DNA of 64,000 nt from an uncultured Planctomycetaceae bacterium (GCA_963833985.1 CAWIAD010000001.1:1440001-1504000); one strand, 5' to 3'; positions 20,458 to 31,167 are shown, counted from the stretch's first letter. The notes: generated from the sequence alone by a model not told the origin. Made by a program: numbers and translations.

Positions 20458-21176
20458 AGCACCTTGCGCGAGGGCAGCCTGGGGAGATAGAAGGCGCCCT
20501 TGGTTCGATCGGACCGGCCCGCCAGGCGGATCTGACCGGTGCGGATGTCCATCTCCTGCAACTGGACGTCGTCGCGCGTGAGATTCGGCGTGTAGCGCAG
20601 GACCACCACCGGATAGCCGTCACGCCGCCACCACTGAACGTCCACGCCATGATGGCGGGCGTGATCGATGATCCGGTCCAGGACGTTGTCGGCCGGCACC
20701 GGAAGAATCCCCGCGCGGATCTTCTCCAGGGTCAGCTCGACGGTATTGCCCTGTGGGACGCGGGGCCGCGCAACGACCGAAATGACCGACTGGATGCCTC
20801 CCTTGTCGAGCTGGAAGGCCAGAATCACGCGGTTGGTCTCGAAGAGCACCCGCGGGTCGTGCACTTCTGGAGGCAACTGGTCCGCGAAGTGGGTGACCAG
20901 GTCCTGAGCAAGCCAGGCGTTGACCTCCTGATCGGAAAAAACAGCCTCCCATGTGGGCTCGTTGCAAATGTCGTTGCGCAGTTGCAAGCTCTGCGCCACG
21001 AAATGCTTCGCCTTCAGCTCGCGCTGGTCCCGGGGAAGGCTGATGATCGACCGATAATAGGCGGGCTGGTAGGTCAGGGACAGCCAGATGACCGACGGAA
21101 TGGAAACGCCGACGCAGAAAAGCATGCCGATCCGGATAAGCCGCCTGGTGAGCGTTTTGAACATCGAAGAACCCAT
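20358..21176 (-). CDS. Conserved hypothetical protein with N-terminal TM anchor
   Basis: 272 aa, GC3-biased codons, single TM helix. Confidence 0.8.
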   Translation of the reverse strand: MGSSMFKTLTRRLIRIGMLFCVGVSIPSVIWLSLTYQPAYYRSIISLPRDQRELKAKHFVAQSLQLRNDICNEPTWEAVFSDQEVNAWLAQDLVTHFADQLPPEVHDPRVLFETNRVILAFQLDKGGIQSVISVVARPRVPQGNTVELTLEKIRAGILPVPADNVLDRIIDHARHHGVDVQWWRRDGYPVVVLRYTPNLTRDDVQLQEMDIRTGQIRLAGRSDRTKGAFYLPRLPSRKVLQSTFPRRNVHMEDPSFETVPSGDRYRSTSPTS

Positions 21177-21687
21177 CTACCTGGAAGGGACAGAGTGATG
21201 GGAAACGACCCGCACACGGCTGAATGAAAACGGTATGCCGAACGGGAGGGTTTTGACGTGGACGCGTGGTCGTACCAGGCGCAGCATACGGATGCCCGGA
21301 AAAGCGGTCAACCCGGAGTTCGATGCCTGGGACCCGCAGACCCGCATTGCATCCGCGAGATCCATGCGACGCACGGGTGCTGGTAAAGCGGCACTCCGCG
21401 CCGGTAAGCATCAGAGGGGGCGCCGGCAACTCCACTTGGTGAGCCCTTGTATCGCCTGCTAAACTGGATGGATCGATCAGTCAGGCCGCGCCGGGGGTCT
21501 CGACGACTGTGCGTTCCCGGCCAATCACCGGCTGGTCGATTGATCGAGAAGGTCTGGAAGCCACGGAGCCGGGCAGGCGTGCTTTCGCTGTCCCGGTCCG
21601 TCTCTCACTCGGAAATAACTGGAACCTCGTTGCAAGCTCTCTGAAGACTCCCGCCTGTTTGCATGCCCAATCTGGGAGGACGGACCT

Positions 21688-23649
21688 TTGTTCGCTGGAC
21701 CGATCATCGCTCGGGAACTGGTAACGACCCCTCGCCCCTGGCGTTACTACCTGTCGCGCGCCTCCTTTTCGTGTCTTTTGTTCATCCTCCTCTGGACGGC
21801 CTGGCAGCTCATCATCGGCTGGCAAGACGTGCGTGAAGTCGGCGTGCTGGCGCGGTTCGGCAGCGTGCTGTACGTGGCCTTCGCGCTGCTCCAGCTCACC
21901 CTCATGCTCTTCTTCGCGCCGCTGTTCACGGCGGCGGCCGTGTCTTACGAGAAGGACAGGCGTACCTTCAACCTGCTGCTCATGACGAGCCTGAGCGACA
22001 CCGAGATCGTCGTCGGCAAGCTCGTCGCCGGGCTGCTGAACATCCTCATCATCCTGGGAGCCAGCGTGGGCCTCCTGTCCATCTGCGCGCTGCTGGGCGG
22101 CATCTCGTTCGGCCAGGTCGTCAACCTGTTCGCCGTGACCGCCGCCTCGGGCATGGCGGGAGGGGCGATGGGCCTGCTCATCGCCCTCTGGCGCGATCGC
22201 ACGTTCCAGTCGATCTCGCTGACCATCCTCATGGTGGTCTTCTCGGTGGTGGGTGTGGAGCTCTTCTCGGTGAACTTTCCGACCCTTGAATTCATGGGGG
22301 TGCCGGTCAAGGAAGTCCTCAACCCCTACCGCGCCATGATCGCGCTCCTGTATCCGCGCGCTGACCAGGTCACGGGCGTAGTGCGCGCGTCGAGCCTGGT
22401 GTACGTCGGTGTCCGCCTCACCTTCGCCACGCTCATCGTCGCCTTCGCCACCCGGATGCTGCGAGTCTGGAACCCCGGAGGAAACGAGCCCCGGGAGACG
22501 GCCGAGGAGACGGAGATCGAGACCGTCGAGACGCTCGTCGAGGTCGAGGAGAACGCCGCCTACGCCGAGCTGCCGGCCACGGTGGGTGCTGCCGGTGGGC
22601 GAGAACCGGAGGTTGGGCGGCACGCGCGATCTCTGGGCGGTTCAGGCCGTGAGTTCGATGGGGTATCTGGCGATGGCGCGGACGCCGCCGGCGCACTCGA
22701 CGGATCCGCGGGCTCCACCACGGGTCTGCATGTACCCCGGCGGACCCATCGCCGCGTGGCCCCGGCCGCAAGATCTTATCGCCGTCCCTGGGCCAATCCC
22801 ATCCTCTGGCGCGAGCTGATGACCCGCGCCTACGGCACCAAGCCGCTGATCATCAAGGGCTGCTACGTCCTGCTGTTCGCTCTGGGAGCGGGCTTCTTCA
22901 TTAACCTCGCTCATGGCATGGAGAACCCCCTGGGCACCTCCCTCTGCCTGATTCCCTCGGGACTGGCCATTCTCAGCCTGTTGCTCGTCAATGCCCAGGG
23001 GGTGACCGCGCTCACCAGCGAACGCGATACCGGTGCACTCGACCTGCTGCTGGTGACCGAGCTCTCCCCGGGGGACTTCATCTACGGCAAGCTCTACGGG
23101 ATTCTCTACAACGCCAAGGAGATGGTCCTGCTCCCGGCCATCGCCGCAGTCTACCTGTGGTGGTCCGGCTGGCTCACGGGCGAGAACGCGGTCTTCTTCC
23201 TGGTCGATTACCTGCTGATGTGCCACTTTTCCGCGATGCTCGGCCTGCACTCGGCAATCACCTACACCAGCAGCCGCTCCGCGGTCGCCAACAGTCTGGG
23301 CACGATGTTCTTCCTGATGGTGGGCATCCTGCTCTGCGCCTATCTGATCATCCTCAGCGATCGCGAGTTCGGACGCCAGCTCCTGAGCTTCATGATCTTC
23401 ATCGGCGCCGGCAGCGTGGCCCTCTTCGGCTCACTCGGCGCCAAGAACCCTTCGCGGGCCATCGCGCTGGTCTCGCTGCTCACGCCATTCTGGACCTTTT
23501 ACTGCATCATCAGCCTGATCCATGCCGATTTCCTGGCTGCCTTTCTCTTCAGCATGGGAGTCTACGGTTTCGCACTGCTGGCGATGCTGGTTCCCGCCGT
23601 CGGTGATTTCGATATCGCGCTGGGCCGTACCAACGCCATCCAGGGGTGA
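21688..23649 (+). CDS. ABC-2-type permease with two fused membrane domains
   Basis: Duplicated motifs EKDRRTFNLLLMT..GKL and ERDTGALDLLLVT..GKL; GPIIARE/NPILWRE. Confidence 0.88.
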   Translation: MFAGPIIARELVTTPRPWRYYLSRASFSCLLFILLWTAWQLIIGWQDVREVGVLARFGSVLYVAFALLQLTLMLFFAPLFTAAAVSYEKDRRTFNLLLMTSLSDTEIVVGKLVAGLLNILIILGASVGLLSICALLGGISFGQVVNLFAVTAASGMAGGAMGLLIALWRDRTFQSISLTILMVVFSVVGVELFSVNFPTLEFMGVPVKEVLNPYRAMIALLYPRADQVTGVVRASSLVYVGVRLTFATLIVAFATRMLRVWNPGGNEPRETAEETEIETVETLVEVEENAAYAELPATVGAAGGREPEVGRHARSLGGSGREFDGVSGDGADAAGALDGSAGSTTGLHVPRRTHRRVAPAARSYRRPWANPILWRELMTRAYGTKPLIIKGCYVLLFALGAGFFINLAHGMENPLGTSLCLIPSGLAILSLLLVNAQGVTALTSERDTGALDLLLVTELSPGDFIYGKLYGILYNAKEMVLLPAIAAVYLWWSGWLTGENAVFFLVDYLLMCHFSAMLGLHSAITYTSSRSAVANSLGTMFFLMVGILLCAYLIILSDREFGRQLLSFMIFIGAGSVALFGSLGAKNPSRAIALVSLLTPFWTFYCIISLIHADFLAAFLFSMGVYGFALLAMLVPAVGDFDIALGRTNAIQG

Positions 23650-23729
23650 GTGCGATCTCCAGGGCGGACCATCAGGACGATACCGTTGAATTGGCGTTAA
23701 CGGACAAGGGGGCGAGAGGTGTCGACAAA

Positions 23730-23860
23730 CTTGTTCCCACGCTCTGCGTGGGAACACCGGTCGGGACGCTCAGCGTCCCATGGATTTCCCAGCCGCAGCA
23801 CGGGCCCAATCGACGCAGAGCGTCGCAGACGGCATTCCCACGCGGGAGCGTGGGAACGAG
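23730..23860. repeat. REPIN-like composite palindrome
   Basis: GTTCCCACGCtctGCGTGGGAAC + GGGACGCTcAGCGTCCC ... CGACGCagaGCGTCG + ATTCCCACGCgggaGCGTGGGAACG, arranged as an inverted pair. Confidence 0.8.
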
Positions 23861-23968
23861 GGACATACCTATACGCCAGGCGCACGAGAAGCGGGGCAAG
23901 GGCGACCGCGGAGGCACCGTCAGCCCCTGGTGCTGGGGCAATCACCAGGGCGACAAACGGGCGGCCTG

Positions 23969-23999
23969 AAACGAAAACGCCGGACATGAATGTCCGGCG
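23969..23999 (-). terminator. Rho-independent terminator of prc
   Basis: Perfect 9-bp stem CGCCGGACA-ttca-TGTCCGGCG followed by TTTTCGTTT on the minus strand. Confidence 0.8.
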
Positions 24000-24074
24000 C
24001 TTCGATGAGCTGCTTGATCGGGGACCTGAATCGGCCCCCTTGAAAATCACCCTGTCATCTCCGCGGCAACGGGC

Positions 24075-26141
24075 TCACGGGTTCACGACGTCCGATTTCA
24101 CCGGGTTGGCAGCAAGGACCTTGGAGCCGAGCGTGAGGTAGTCGCCAATGATGCGGACGACCTCGTCGTTGTAATAGTCCGACGACCAGACTTCACGCTC
24201 GATGAACTTCTTCTTTTTCAGGTCCTTCTTGGCCTTCTCCTCCTCGGCATGCAGCGGGTCGTCGTCCTCGGGGGCATATTCAGACTTGAACTTGGCCTCG
24301 TTCAGAGCGATCGAGTGGCGAGCCTTGCGATCGAGGAATTGCTTGATGCGTTCGTCGAGCTTCTGGAACTTGGGATCGCCCTTGCGGCGCTGGTCTGACC
24401 GCTCCTTGAGCAGGGTGACCAGCTCGGGCGAGACCTTGTGGTAATTGTCGTGGGGCAGCTCGGCCACCTTGTCGAACTTCAGTGCGTTGTCCATTTTCCC
24501 CTCACCCAGGTCGAAGTTCTCGCGGATGGAGGGAAGGTGAACGTGCGGGGTGACGCCGTGAATCTGGGTGCTCTCGCCGTTGGCGCGGTAGAACTGCTGG
24601 ATGGTGAGCTTGAGGGCCCCGTGATTCTTGCGATCGCGCCGCCGGGTGTGGTCGCCAATCTGGACGATGCTCTGCACGGTTCCCTTGCCGAAGGTGCTGC
24701 TGTCACCGATGATCAGGCCGCGGCCATAGTCCTTGATCACGCCGGCGAAGATCTCCGAAGCACTGGCGCTGAGCTTGTTGATGAGCACCACCAGGGGGCC
24801 GTCCCAGGCTGTCCCCTGGTCGTCGTCGGCGAGCGGGCGGATACCGAACACTTCCTTCACCTGCACCACCGGCCCCGTATCGATGAACAGGCCGGAGAGC
24901 GTCTTGGCTTCCTCGAGCAGCCCGCCGCCGTTGTCGCGCAGGTCAACCACCACCGCATCAGCACCCGCGGCCTTGAACTCGCCCAGGATCTTGCGGCAGT
25001 CGGCCGTGGCGCTCACGGCGTTCGGGTCGCCGCGAAGGATGGCCATCGTGTCACCATAAAAGGCCGGCAAGCTGATGACGCCGATCTTCAGTTCCTTGCC
25101 GTTGATCTTCGTCTCGAGCATCTTCCCCTTGGCGTGCTGCTCCTTGAGCTCGATGCGCTCGCGCGTCAGCTCGTAGACCTTGCGGTCCTTGGTGCCGGAC
25201 GGCTGCACGATGATGCGGACCTTCGTGCCGCGGGGCCCGCGGATGTAGCGGACCACGTCGCTGAGCTTCTTCTCGATGAGGTCGACTTCCTCGCCGTTGG
25301 GCTGCTGGATGCCCACGATCTTGTCTTCCGGCTGGAGCCGGCCGTCCTTGTCGGCAGCCATTCCGGGCACCACCTCGGCGACCACGGCATAGCCATCCTC
25401 GGATCGCAGCGAGGCGCCGATGCCCTCCAGCGAGAGGTGAAGCTGCTGGTTGAGCATGTCCTCCAGGTTCTTCGCGCTCAGGTACGACGAGTGCGGATCG
25501 AAGGTGCGGGTCAGGCTCGAGAGATAGACCTCCAGCAGCTCGCTTGAATCGAACTGGTGGAACATCCGGTTGCGGTCCTTGTAACGCACGGAGAGTTTGC
25601 GAAGCGCCTCGGCCTCGTCCGTCTTGTCGACCCGTAATTGCAGCAGGTCGAGCTTGATCTTCTTGCGCCACCGCTCGTCGGCCTCTTTCTTGTCGACCGG
25701 GTAGTCGATCTTGTCCGGGTCGTCGGTGAGGTACTCATCCGCCGTGAAGTCGAACTTCTGCTTCAGCAGCTCTTGCACCGTCTTGTAGCGCTCGTCGTTG
25801 CGCTGGAGGAATCGCTCGAAGACGCGGCGGGCGAAGTCGATGTTCCCCTCACGGATCTGGTCGTCGAGGTTCTTGGCCTCTTTCTTGAATTCCTCGATGT
25901 CGGCCTTCAGAAAGTAAAACTTCTGAGGGTCGAGGTCCTTCAGGAAATTGTTGCACCACTTCACGGCGATTTCGTCGTCGATGATCGGCCGCGCCATGTG
26001 CCCTTGCTCGAGCAGGTTCACCACGGTCTTGGCCGTCTCCTGGTCTTCATTGGTCGGCATCGGGGCTTGCGCCGCCACCACGGCCGCCATGAGGGCCAGC
26101 ACGGCAATCAGCGTCAGTGGACGAAATGCTAACCGTGGCAT
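24075..26141 (-). CDS. prc: Carboxy-terminal processing (tail-specific) protease, S41A
   Basis: DPHSSY, LEGIGA PDZ, DLRDNGGG, SASASEI, TFGKGTVQ; signal peptide. Confidence 0.95.
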   Translation of the reverse strand: MPRLAFRPLTLIAVLALMAAVVAAQAPMPTNEDQETAKTVVNLLEQGHMARPIIDDEIAVKWCNNFLKDLDPQKFYFLKADIEEFKKEAKNLDDQIREGNIDFARRVFERFLQRNDERYKTVQELLKQKFDFTADEYLTDDPDKIDYPVDKKEADERWRKKIKLDLLQLRVDKTDEAEALRKLSVRYKDRNRMFHQFDSSELLEVYLSSLTRTFDPHSSYLSAKNLEDMLNQQLHLSLEGIGASLRSEDGYAVVAEVVPGMAADKDGRLQPEDKIVGIQQPNGEEVDLIEKKLSDVVRYIRGPRGTKVRIIVQPSGTKDRKVYELTRERIELKEQHAKGKMLETKINGKELKIGVISLPAFYGDTMAILRGDPNAVSATADCRKILGEFKAAGADAVVVDLRDNGGGLLEEAKTLSGLFIDTGPVVQVKEVFGIRPLADDDQGTAWDGPLVVLINKLSASASEIFAGVIKDYGRGLIIGDSSTFGKGTVQSIVQIGDHTRRRDRKNHGALKLTIQQFYRANGESTQIHGVTPHVHLPSIRENFDLGEGKMDNALKFDKVAELPHDNYHKVSPELVTLLKERSDQRRKGDPKFQKLDERIKQFLDRKARHSIALNEAKFKSEYAPEDDDPLHAEEEKAKKDLKKKKFIEREVWSSDYYNDEVVRIIGDYLTLGSKVLAANPVKSDVVNP

Positions 26142-26429
26142 GTGGTTCTGTTCCTGAAATGAAGGGCGAATGGTCCAGACGACCAAACTTGTCCGCTGAG
26201 TTGATCTTAGCCGTGAACCGATTGCTGGACAAGGCCGTCCGGCAAGGCACGGATGTTGAAAACGACGCCAGTCGGCCATGATAGGCCGATGCCCCGGATC
26301 GCTACCGGCCGCCCGGCCCTCCTTCTCTTCGTATCTGGGGGCCCCGAAGTTCTCGGTTTCTTCAGAAAAGCGTCGGGCGCCGCCGCGCAGGCTCGTGAAA
26401 AGCCATCTTCCACCGCCTCAGAACCGCGC

Positions 26430-27128
26430 TCACATCATGCCGCCCGGGCTGGCCATGGAACCGAACCACTCACGGTTCATGCCACCCATGCCCATCATGC
26501 CGCCGCCGAACCCGTCTCGGGAGTTCGGAATCCCTTGCCGCAGCTCGAGCAGCTTGTACGCAAGTTCATCGACCTCGGTCCGGGTTTGCTCCACCTCGAT
26601 CCGCAGCCGCTGTGCCAGTTTCTTGAGCTCGGCACGCGGAGCCAGCCGCCGGAGCTGCTCCTTCTCCTGCGCGGTAGGCTCCTTGGGCAGGGCGCTGCCG
26701 AGCCCGTAAAAGAGGTCGTGCTGCCACGTGAGCTGCGTCATCCTGGGGCGCTGCTCGGGTTGCTTTTTCTCCTGGTCGGCCGGCCATTCCCTGACGACGG
26801 GCTCTGCGCTGTAGACGCCTTTTGCGGCCAGGTCGGCACGCATCTCCGCAATCGCCGCTTCCATCTCGAACCGCAGGTCGATGAGTTCGTGGAGTTCGCT
26901 CCGCAGGCGCTCCACCTCGCCCCGTGACTGCTCGATTTCCTTTTCCATGCGGGCTGTGTAATTGTGGAGCAGGGCATCTGCCTTCTGTGCCGCCGGCCCG
27001 GTCGGCTTGACGGCTTGAGAGTCGCGCGCTGGATGCCCCTGCACGGCGCCAGCCTGCCCCAGGGCACCGGGACCATGGCTCAGGCATATTCCGAGCGTGA
27101 ACGCGACGAGTAGGCTGCACCGCGGCAT
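26430..27128 (-). CDS. Hypothetical secreted coiled-coil protein with a Gly/Met-rich tail
   Basis: Signal peptide, two heptad-rich segments, C-terminal GGGMMGMGGM. Confidence 0.75.
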   Translation of the reverse strand: MPRCSLLVAFTLGICLSHGPGALGQAGAVQGHPARDSQAVKPTGPAAQKADALLHNYTARMEKEIEQSRGEVERLRSELHELIDLRFEMEAAIAEMRADLAAKGVYSAEPVVREWPADQEKKQPEQRPRMTQLTWQHDLFYGLGSALPKEPTAQEKEQLRRLAPRAELKKLAQRLRIEVEQTRTEVDELAYKLLELRQGIPNSRDGFGGGMMGMGGMNREWFGSMASPGGMM

Positions 27129-27261
27129 GATCCTGTCTCCGTCTTGGGGGCGACGTTCGGCGAGAGGACGCTGGAGAACCTAAATCTGGAAATCGAAAAA
27201 AGTCAGGGCCGGGGCACCGCGCGGAGACGTCATGCGCGGAGGCCAAACCCACTGGTGCCGG

Positions 27262-27522
27262 TCACATGCCGAGTCGAAACCGTGCACGCCGGAGCTCGGC
27301 TTCCTCTGAGCGGAGCACCGCCTGCGAGACGTAGCCTTTCTGGAACAGGCGGCGCGCCCATTGCACGCGCTGCGAGGCACGCTGAACGTTGTCCCAGCGA
27401 CCCTTGAGCACGTAGCCCCAGGCCATGAGCGCCGAGAGTGCCACCAGCGCCAGGAGTGTTCCCAGCCGGAACCTGAACCGTTGACGCCAGCGGGAGCCCG
27501 TCCTGGACGCGGCCATCGGCAT
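27262..27522 (-). CDS. Small membrane-anchored hypothetical protein (FRLGTLLALVA motif)
   Basis: Planctomycete-type N-terminal hydrophobic motif. RRLFQKGYVS resembles HlyD-hairpin segments. Confidence 0.6.
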   Translation of the reverse strand: MPMAASRTGSRWRQRFRFRLGTLLALVALSALMAWGYVLKGRWDNVQRASQRVQWARRLFQKGYVSQAVLRSEEAELRRARFRLGM

Positions 27523-27875
27523 TTGCCTCCGAAGGGTCTCGTTTCATTGAACCACAGCCCGCTCCCTGCTGCAATCCGCAGAGCCGCTAGAGGCCGGTTG
27601 TTTGATGCGTCAGTCACGTCGTTCCCAGGAGGACCACGGGTGCTCGAGATTCGGCAATTGGCTCCAACCTGAAGCCTGACGGAGGACGAAACCTAGTTCC
27701 AGAGTTCGCTGATCCCGCGCACGGACGAATCGACGCGGAAGGGCGGGTCGGGCGACGTCTGCTGGTGGTATAAATGTCTGTCGACGTTTCAACCGTGTCA
27801 TGGGTTGGGAGCCCAGGCCGGCTCTCCCACGCACGCGGAGAGACCGTGGGCCCTTCGGCCGCAGGGAGGTGTTCG

Positions 27876-29034
27876 GTGTTGCCTTGGCTAACCCTTCGCG
27901 CCCGTCTTGATCGTCGCGCCCGACGCCGGATGAACCTGGCCGCCCTGGAGGCGCTCGAGGGGCGGCAACTGCTGGCCTATTCCTCGCTGGGATACTCGCT
28001 GGCCGAGCTGAAGATCTCCGGCCAGGCCGCCCCGGTTGCCGCCTGGGGAAGCAGCTACCAGGTCCAGGTGACACTTCAGAACACCGGCACGAGCACCATG
28101 GTCGAGCCGCTCTCGCTGGTGCCCGCCTCCGAGGTCACCACCGGTCCCACCGGCACCATCGTGCCTCCATTCTGGGTCCCCAGCCAGGCGAGCGCGGGGG
28201 CCAGCCAGGTGCAGGTCTACCTGGCGCCGCGGCCCCGCTCCATGGCCGGAGCGATCGAGATCGGCACGGTCACGGCCCCGGCCCTGGGCCAGAACGATGT
28301 GAACCAGATCAGCGTGCCGCTCACGCTCCCCTCGCAACCCGCGGGCTTCCGCGCTTCGGGCATTTACTACATCCGCCTGGTGACGAACCAGAATCAGGCG
28401 GTCGTGGAATCGAATTATAATAATAACATGAGCGCACCTTTACCGGTGCGGTTCATCTCGCAGGCGTTGCCCGAGCTGCGAACCACCGCACTGGACTTGC
28501 CTTCCAACTTGCAGCCCGGCGACACCGTGGCCCCGACGTTCCAGATCACCAACCTGGGCACCGCGAACACGAGCACGCAGGGGCCAGTGCAGGTGGCCCT
28601 GGTGGCCTCGACGAGCCCCGATTTCAACCTCGGAAGCTCGATCGTGGGGCTTTACACCTTGCCCGCGGGCATTCCCGGCCAGTCGAGTGCGCCGGTCAAG
28701 AGCAGCGTGCGCCGGCATTCCCGGCTCTACCAGTCGAGCCTCTACAGTAACAACGTGACACCCGGCAACAACGTGGAGACCTACACCGGCGCGGCGGTGA
28801 CCCTGCCCACCAGCCCGAGCACGTACTACCTGGGCGTGGTCATCGATCCCTACAATACTCTCAACCAGCTTTCACTGCCGGCCAACCGGCTGGAGCTCGA
28901 TTCGCACGGTCAGTGCCTCAGCCTCCGGACTGCCCGCCGCCGGGGTGGTCTCCACACCGGCAAGCCCGGTTCCGCAGTTCCCCAACACGCCCGACGGAGT
29001 CCCTGTCGGCCTGGTGAACGTCGGCAACTACTGA
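27876..29034 (+). CDS. Exported LEGRQLL-motif protein with two CARDB/Ig-like domains (apparent frameshift ~28898)
   Basis: Arg-rich leader + LEALEGRQLL; VTLQNTG...VVESNYNNN; YYLGVVIDP. GGGAGG RBS. Confidence 0.75.
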
Positions 29035-29187
29035 GCGCGGAGCAGGCGTCGCTAATGAAGTCCTCGAAGGGGCGCTCGACCAGTTATCTCGTCGCGGAAA
29101 TCGGGCCGGCCCTGGCAAGTTCGCAATCGTTCCTGACAGGCATTGAGCCGATCGATGCGATCCTGGATGACCGGGAGGCCCTCTTTC

Positions 29188-29296
29188 TGGAACACGATTC
29201 CAATCGTGTCACTTCTTCGATCTGACGGACCAGGAATGGCACGATTGGAATCGTACCCCACAAGAGATGCCTGGCACGATTGGAATCGTATGCCAC
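29188..29296. repeat. Cluster of three REP-like palindromes (CACGATTCCAATCGTG and two inverted TGGCACGATTGGAATCGTA copies)
   Basis: Units at 29188-29211, 29237-29261 and 29272-29296. Confidence 0.8.
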
Positions 29297-29536
29297 GAGG
29301 AGAGCGGCCGGGCCTGGCTCTCTGCCCCGTGCAAGCGAACGGCAATCCTGTCCAGAGACTTCCGCGGATCGGCTTGGCTGGCCATTTCCGCGATGCGGGC
29401 GTCCGGGCGATCGGGCCGTGGAAACGCCCGCGGCTCCCTTGACCGCGCACTTGGCATCTTCCTACAATCGGCCGCTTGTGGGCCAGTCGGCCCGGCTCTT
29501 CTCTTCCCGTACTCTCGCACCGAATCGATTCGCCGC

Positions 29537-30541
29537 ATGAGCCGCCGTTACGTGAACCAGCTAACCCACGGTGATTCGGTTGACGAGTCTTACCTGGTCG
29601 CCGACAAGCAGTTACGAGCCAACCGGCAGGGCAACCTTTATCTCCAGCTCGAGCTCCGCGACAAGACGGGCAGCGTGGGCGCGCGGCTCTGGAACGCCTC
29701 GGAAGAGCTGGCGCGCTCCTTCGAGCCCGGCGATTACCTGCGGGTGCGCGGCAAGACCCAGATCTTCCAGGGCTCGCTCCAGGTCATCCTCACCCATATC
29801 GACGTGCTCGACCCGACCCGCGTCGAGTCCGAGGACTTCCTCCCCCAGAGCTCTCAAAACGCGGCCAAGCTGATGGCCCGCCTGCGCGAGCTGGTGCTGA
29901 CGATGAACAAGCCGCACCTGCGCGCGCTCATCGAATGCTTCCTGATCGACGACGAATTCGTTCGCAAATTCACCGCGGCACCCGGGGGCATCAAGAACCA
30001 TCACGCCTATCAGGGCGGGCTGCTGGAGCACGTGGTCGCCCTGCTCAACATCGCCGACCGGATAATTGACCTCTATCCCGAGATCGATCGCGACCTGCTG
30101 CTCACCGGCATCTTCCTGCACGACATCGGCAAGGTGGACGAGCTCTCCTACGACCGCGCCTTCGCCTACACGGACGAGGGCCAGCTTGTGGGTCACCTGG
30201 TGATGGGCGTGGAGATGCTCCGGGAAAAGGTCAACCGCACCGAGAAGCTCACCGGCGAGCCCTTCCCGCCCGAGCTCTTGCTCCGGCTCAAGCACATGAT
30301 TGTCAGCCACCATGGCGCCTACGAGTTCGGCAGCCCCAAGCTGCCCATGACGCTCGAGGCCGTGGCGCTCCATTACCTCGACAACTTCGACGCCAAGATC
30401 CACGCGTTCAGCCGCGAGATCCGCGACGACCCCAGCCGCGACTCGAACTGGACGCCATTCCAGCAGAGCCTGGGCAGGCGGCTCTACAAGGGACTGTCAC
30501 TGGGCGCCGACTCGTCCAACGGCGACACGCTGGGGGACTGA
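29537..30541 (+). CDS. yhaM: YhaM-family 3'-5' exoribonuclease (OB-fold + HD)
   Basis: YLQLELRDKTG, HHAYQGGLLEH, LHDIGK, GH, SHHG, LDNFDAK. Confidence 0.9.
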   Translation: MSRRYVNQLTHGDSVDESYLVADKQLRANRQGNLYLQLELRDKTGSVGARLWNASEELARSFEPGDYLRVRGKTQIFQGSLQVILTHIDVLDPTRVESEDFLPQSSQNAAKLMARLRELVLTMNKPHLRALIECFLIDDEFVRKFTAAPGGIKNHHAYQGGLLEHVVALLNIADRIIDLYPEIDRDLLLTGIFLHDIGKVDELSYDRAFAYTDEGQLVGHLVMGVEMLREKVNRTEKLTGEPFPPELLLRLKHMIVSHHGAYEFGSPKLPMTLEAVALHYLDNFDAKIHAFSREIRDDPSRDSNWTPFQQSLGRRLYKGLSLGADSSNGDTLGD

Positions 30542-30615
30542 AGGCCGCGGCAGTCCGTCCTCATGCCGTCGTCGTGGAATGACCGTGTCGCGGGCGTTGC
30601 GCGGAGGGTCACCCC

Positions 30616-31167
30616 GTGGGCAAGCCTCAACTCTCGCTGGCGAGCCTCATGGGACTGATCGCCGTGATCGCCCTGGGCATCACAGGCGTGATCTCGGCTA
30701 GCAGCTTCTGGACCTCGGCGGCCGCGACCGCCACGCTCGGCCTCCTGCTGGCCGCGGTGCTGGGCGCCTTCCTGCTGCGCGATGCGGAGCACGCGTTCTG
30801 CCTCGGGTTCGCCCTCTTCGGCGTCGTCTACCTGGTGCTGGTGGATTGGGACTGGGTCGGAGGGCCGCTGGGCCATGACCTCACGGCAGGCCTGCGCGAC
30901 GCGGCCGACCAGATTCTGCCAACGCCTGCGATTGCCAGCAGCGCGAGTGCCTCGGGCGCTCCCGTTCCGATCTCCGTCGAAAGCCTGGCCGCCAGGCAGG
31001 TCCGCGTGGGCAACTTTGTCGAGATCAGCCGGATGGCACTGGCAATCGGCTTCGCATGGATTGGCGCATTCCTGGGACGCTGGTTCGACGAGCGCCGGCG
31101 TGCCGGGGCAGCAAAGCGTGCATCGCCGGCCGCGGACGCTCGCACCGACAGGCCGTCAGCTCAGTGA
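30616..31167 (+). CDS. Hypothetical membrane protein (QLSLASLMGLIA motif)
   Basis: About 4 TM helices; planctomycete-type N-terminus. Confidence 0.75.
   Translation: MGKPQLSLASLMGLIAVIALGITGVISASSFWTSAAATATLGLLLAAVLGAFLLRDAEHAFCLGFALFGVVYLVLVDWDWVGGPLGHDLTAGLRDAADQILPTPAIASSASASGAPVPISVESLAARQVRVGNFVEISRMALAIGFAWIGAFLGRWFDERRRAGAAKRASPAADARTDRPSAQ

Noticed and set aside
29188..29296. Repeats resembling a mini CRISPR array
   Set aside because: The first unit is inverted, spacers are about 25 and 10 bp, and there are no cas genes; fits REP better.
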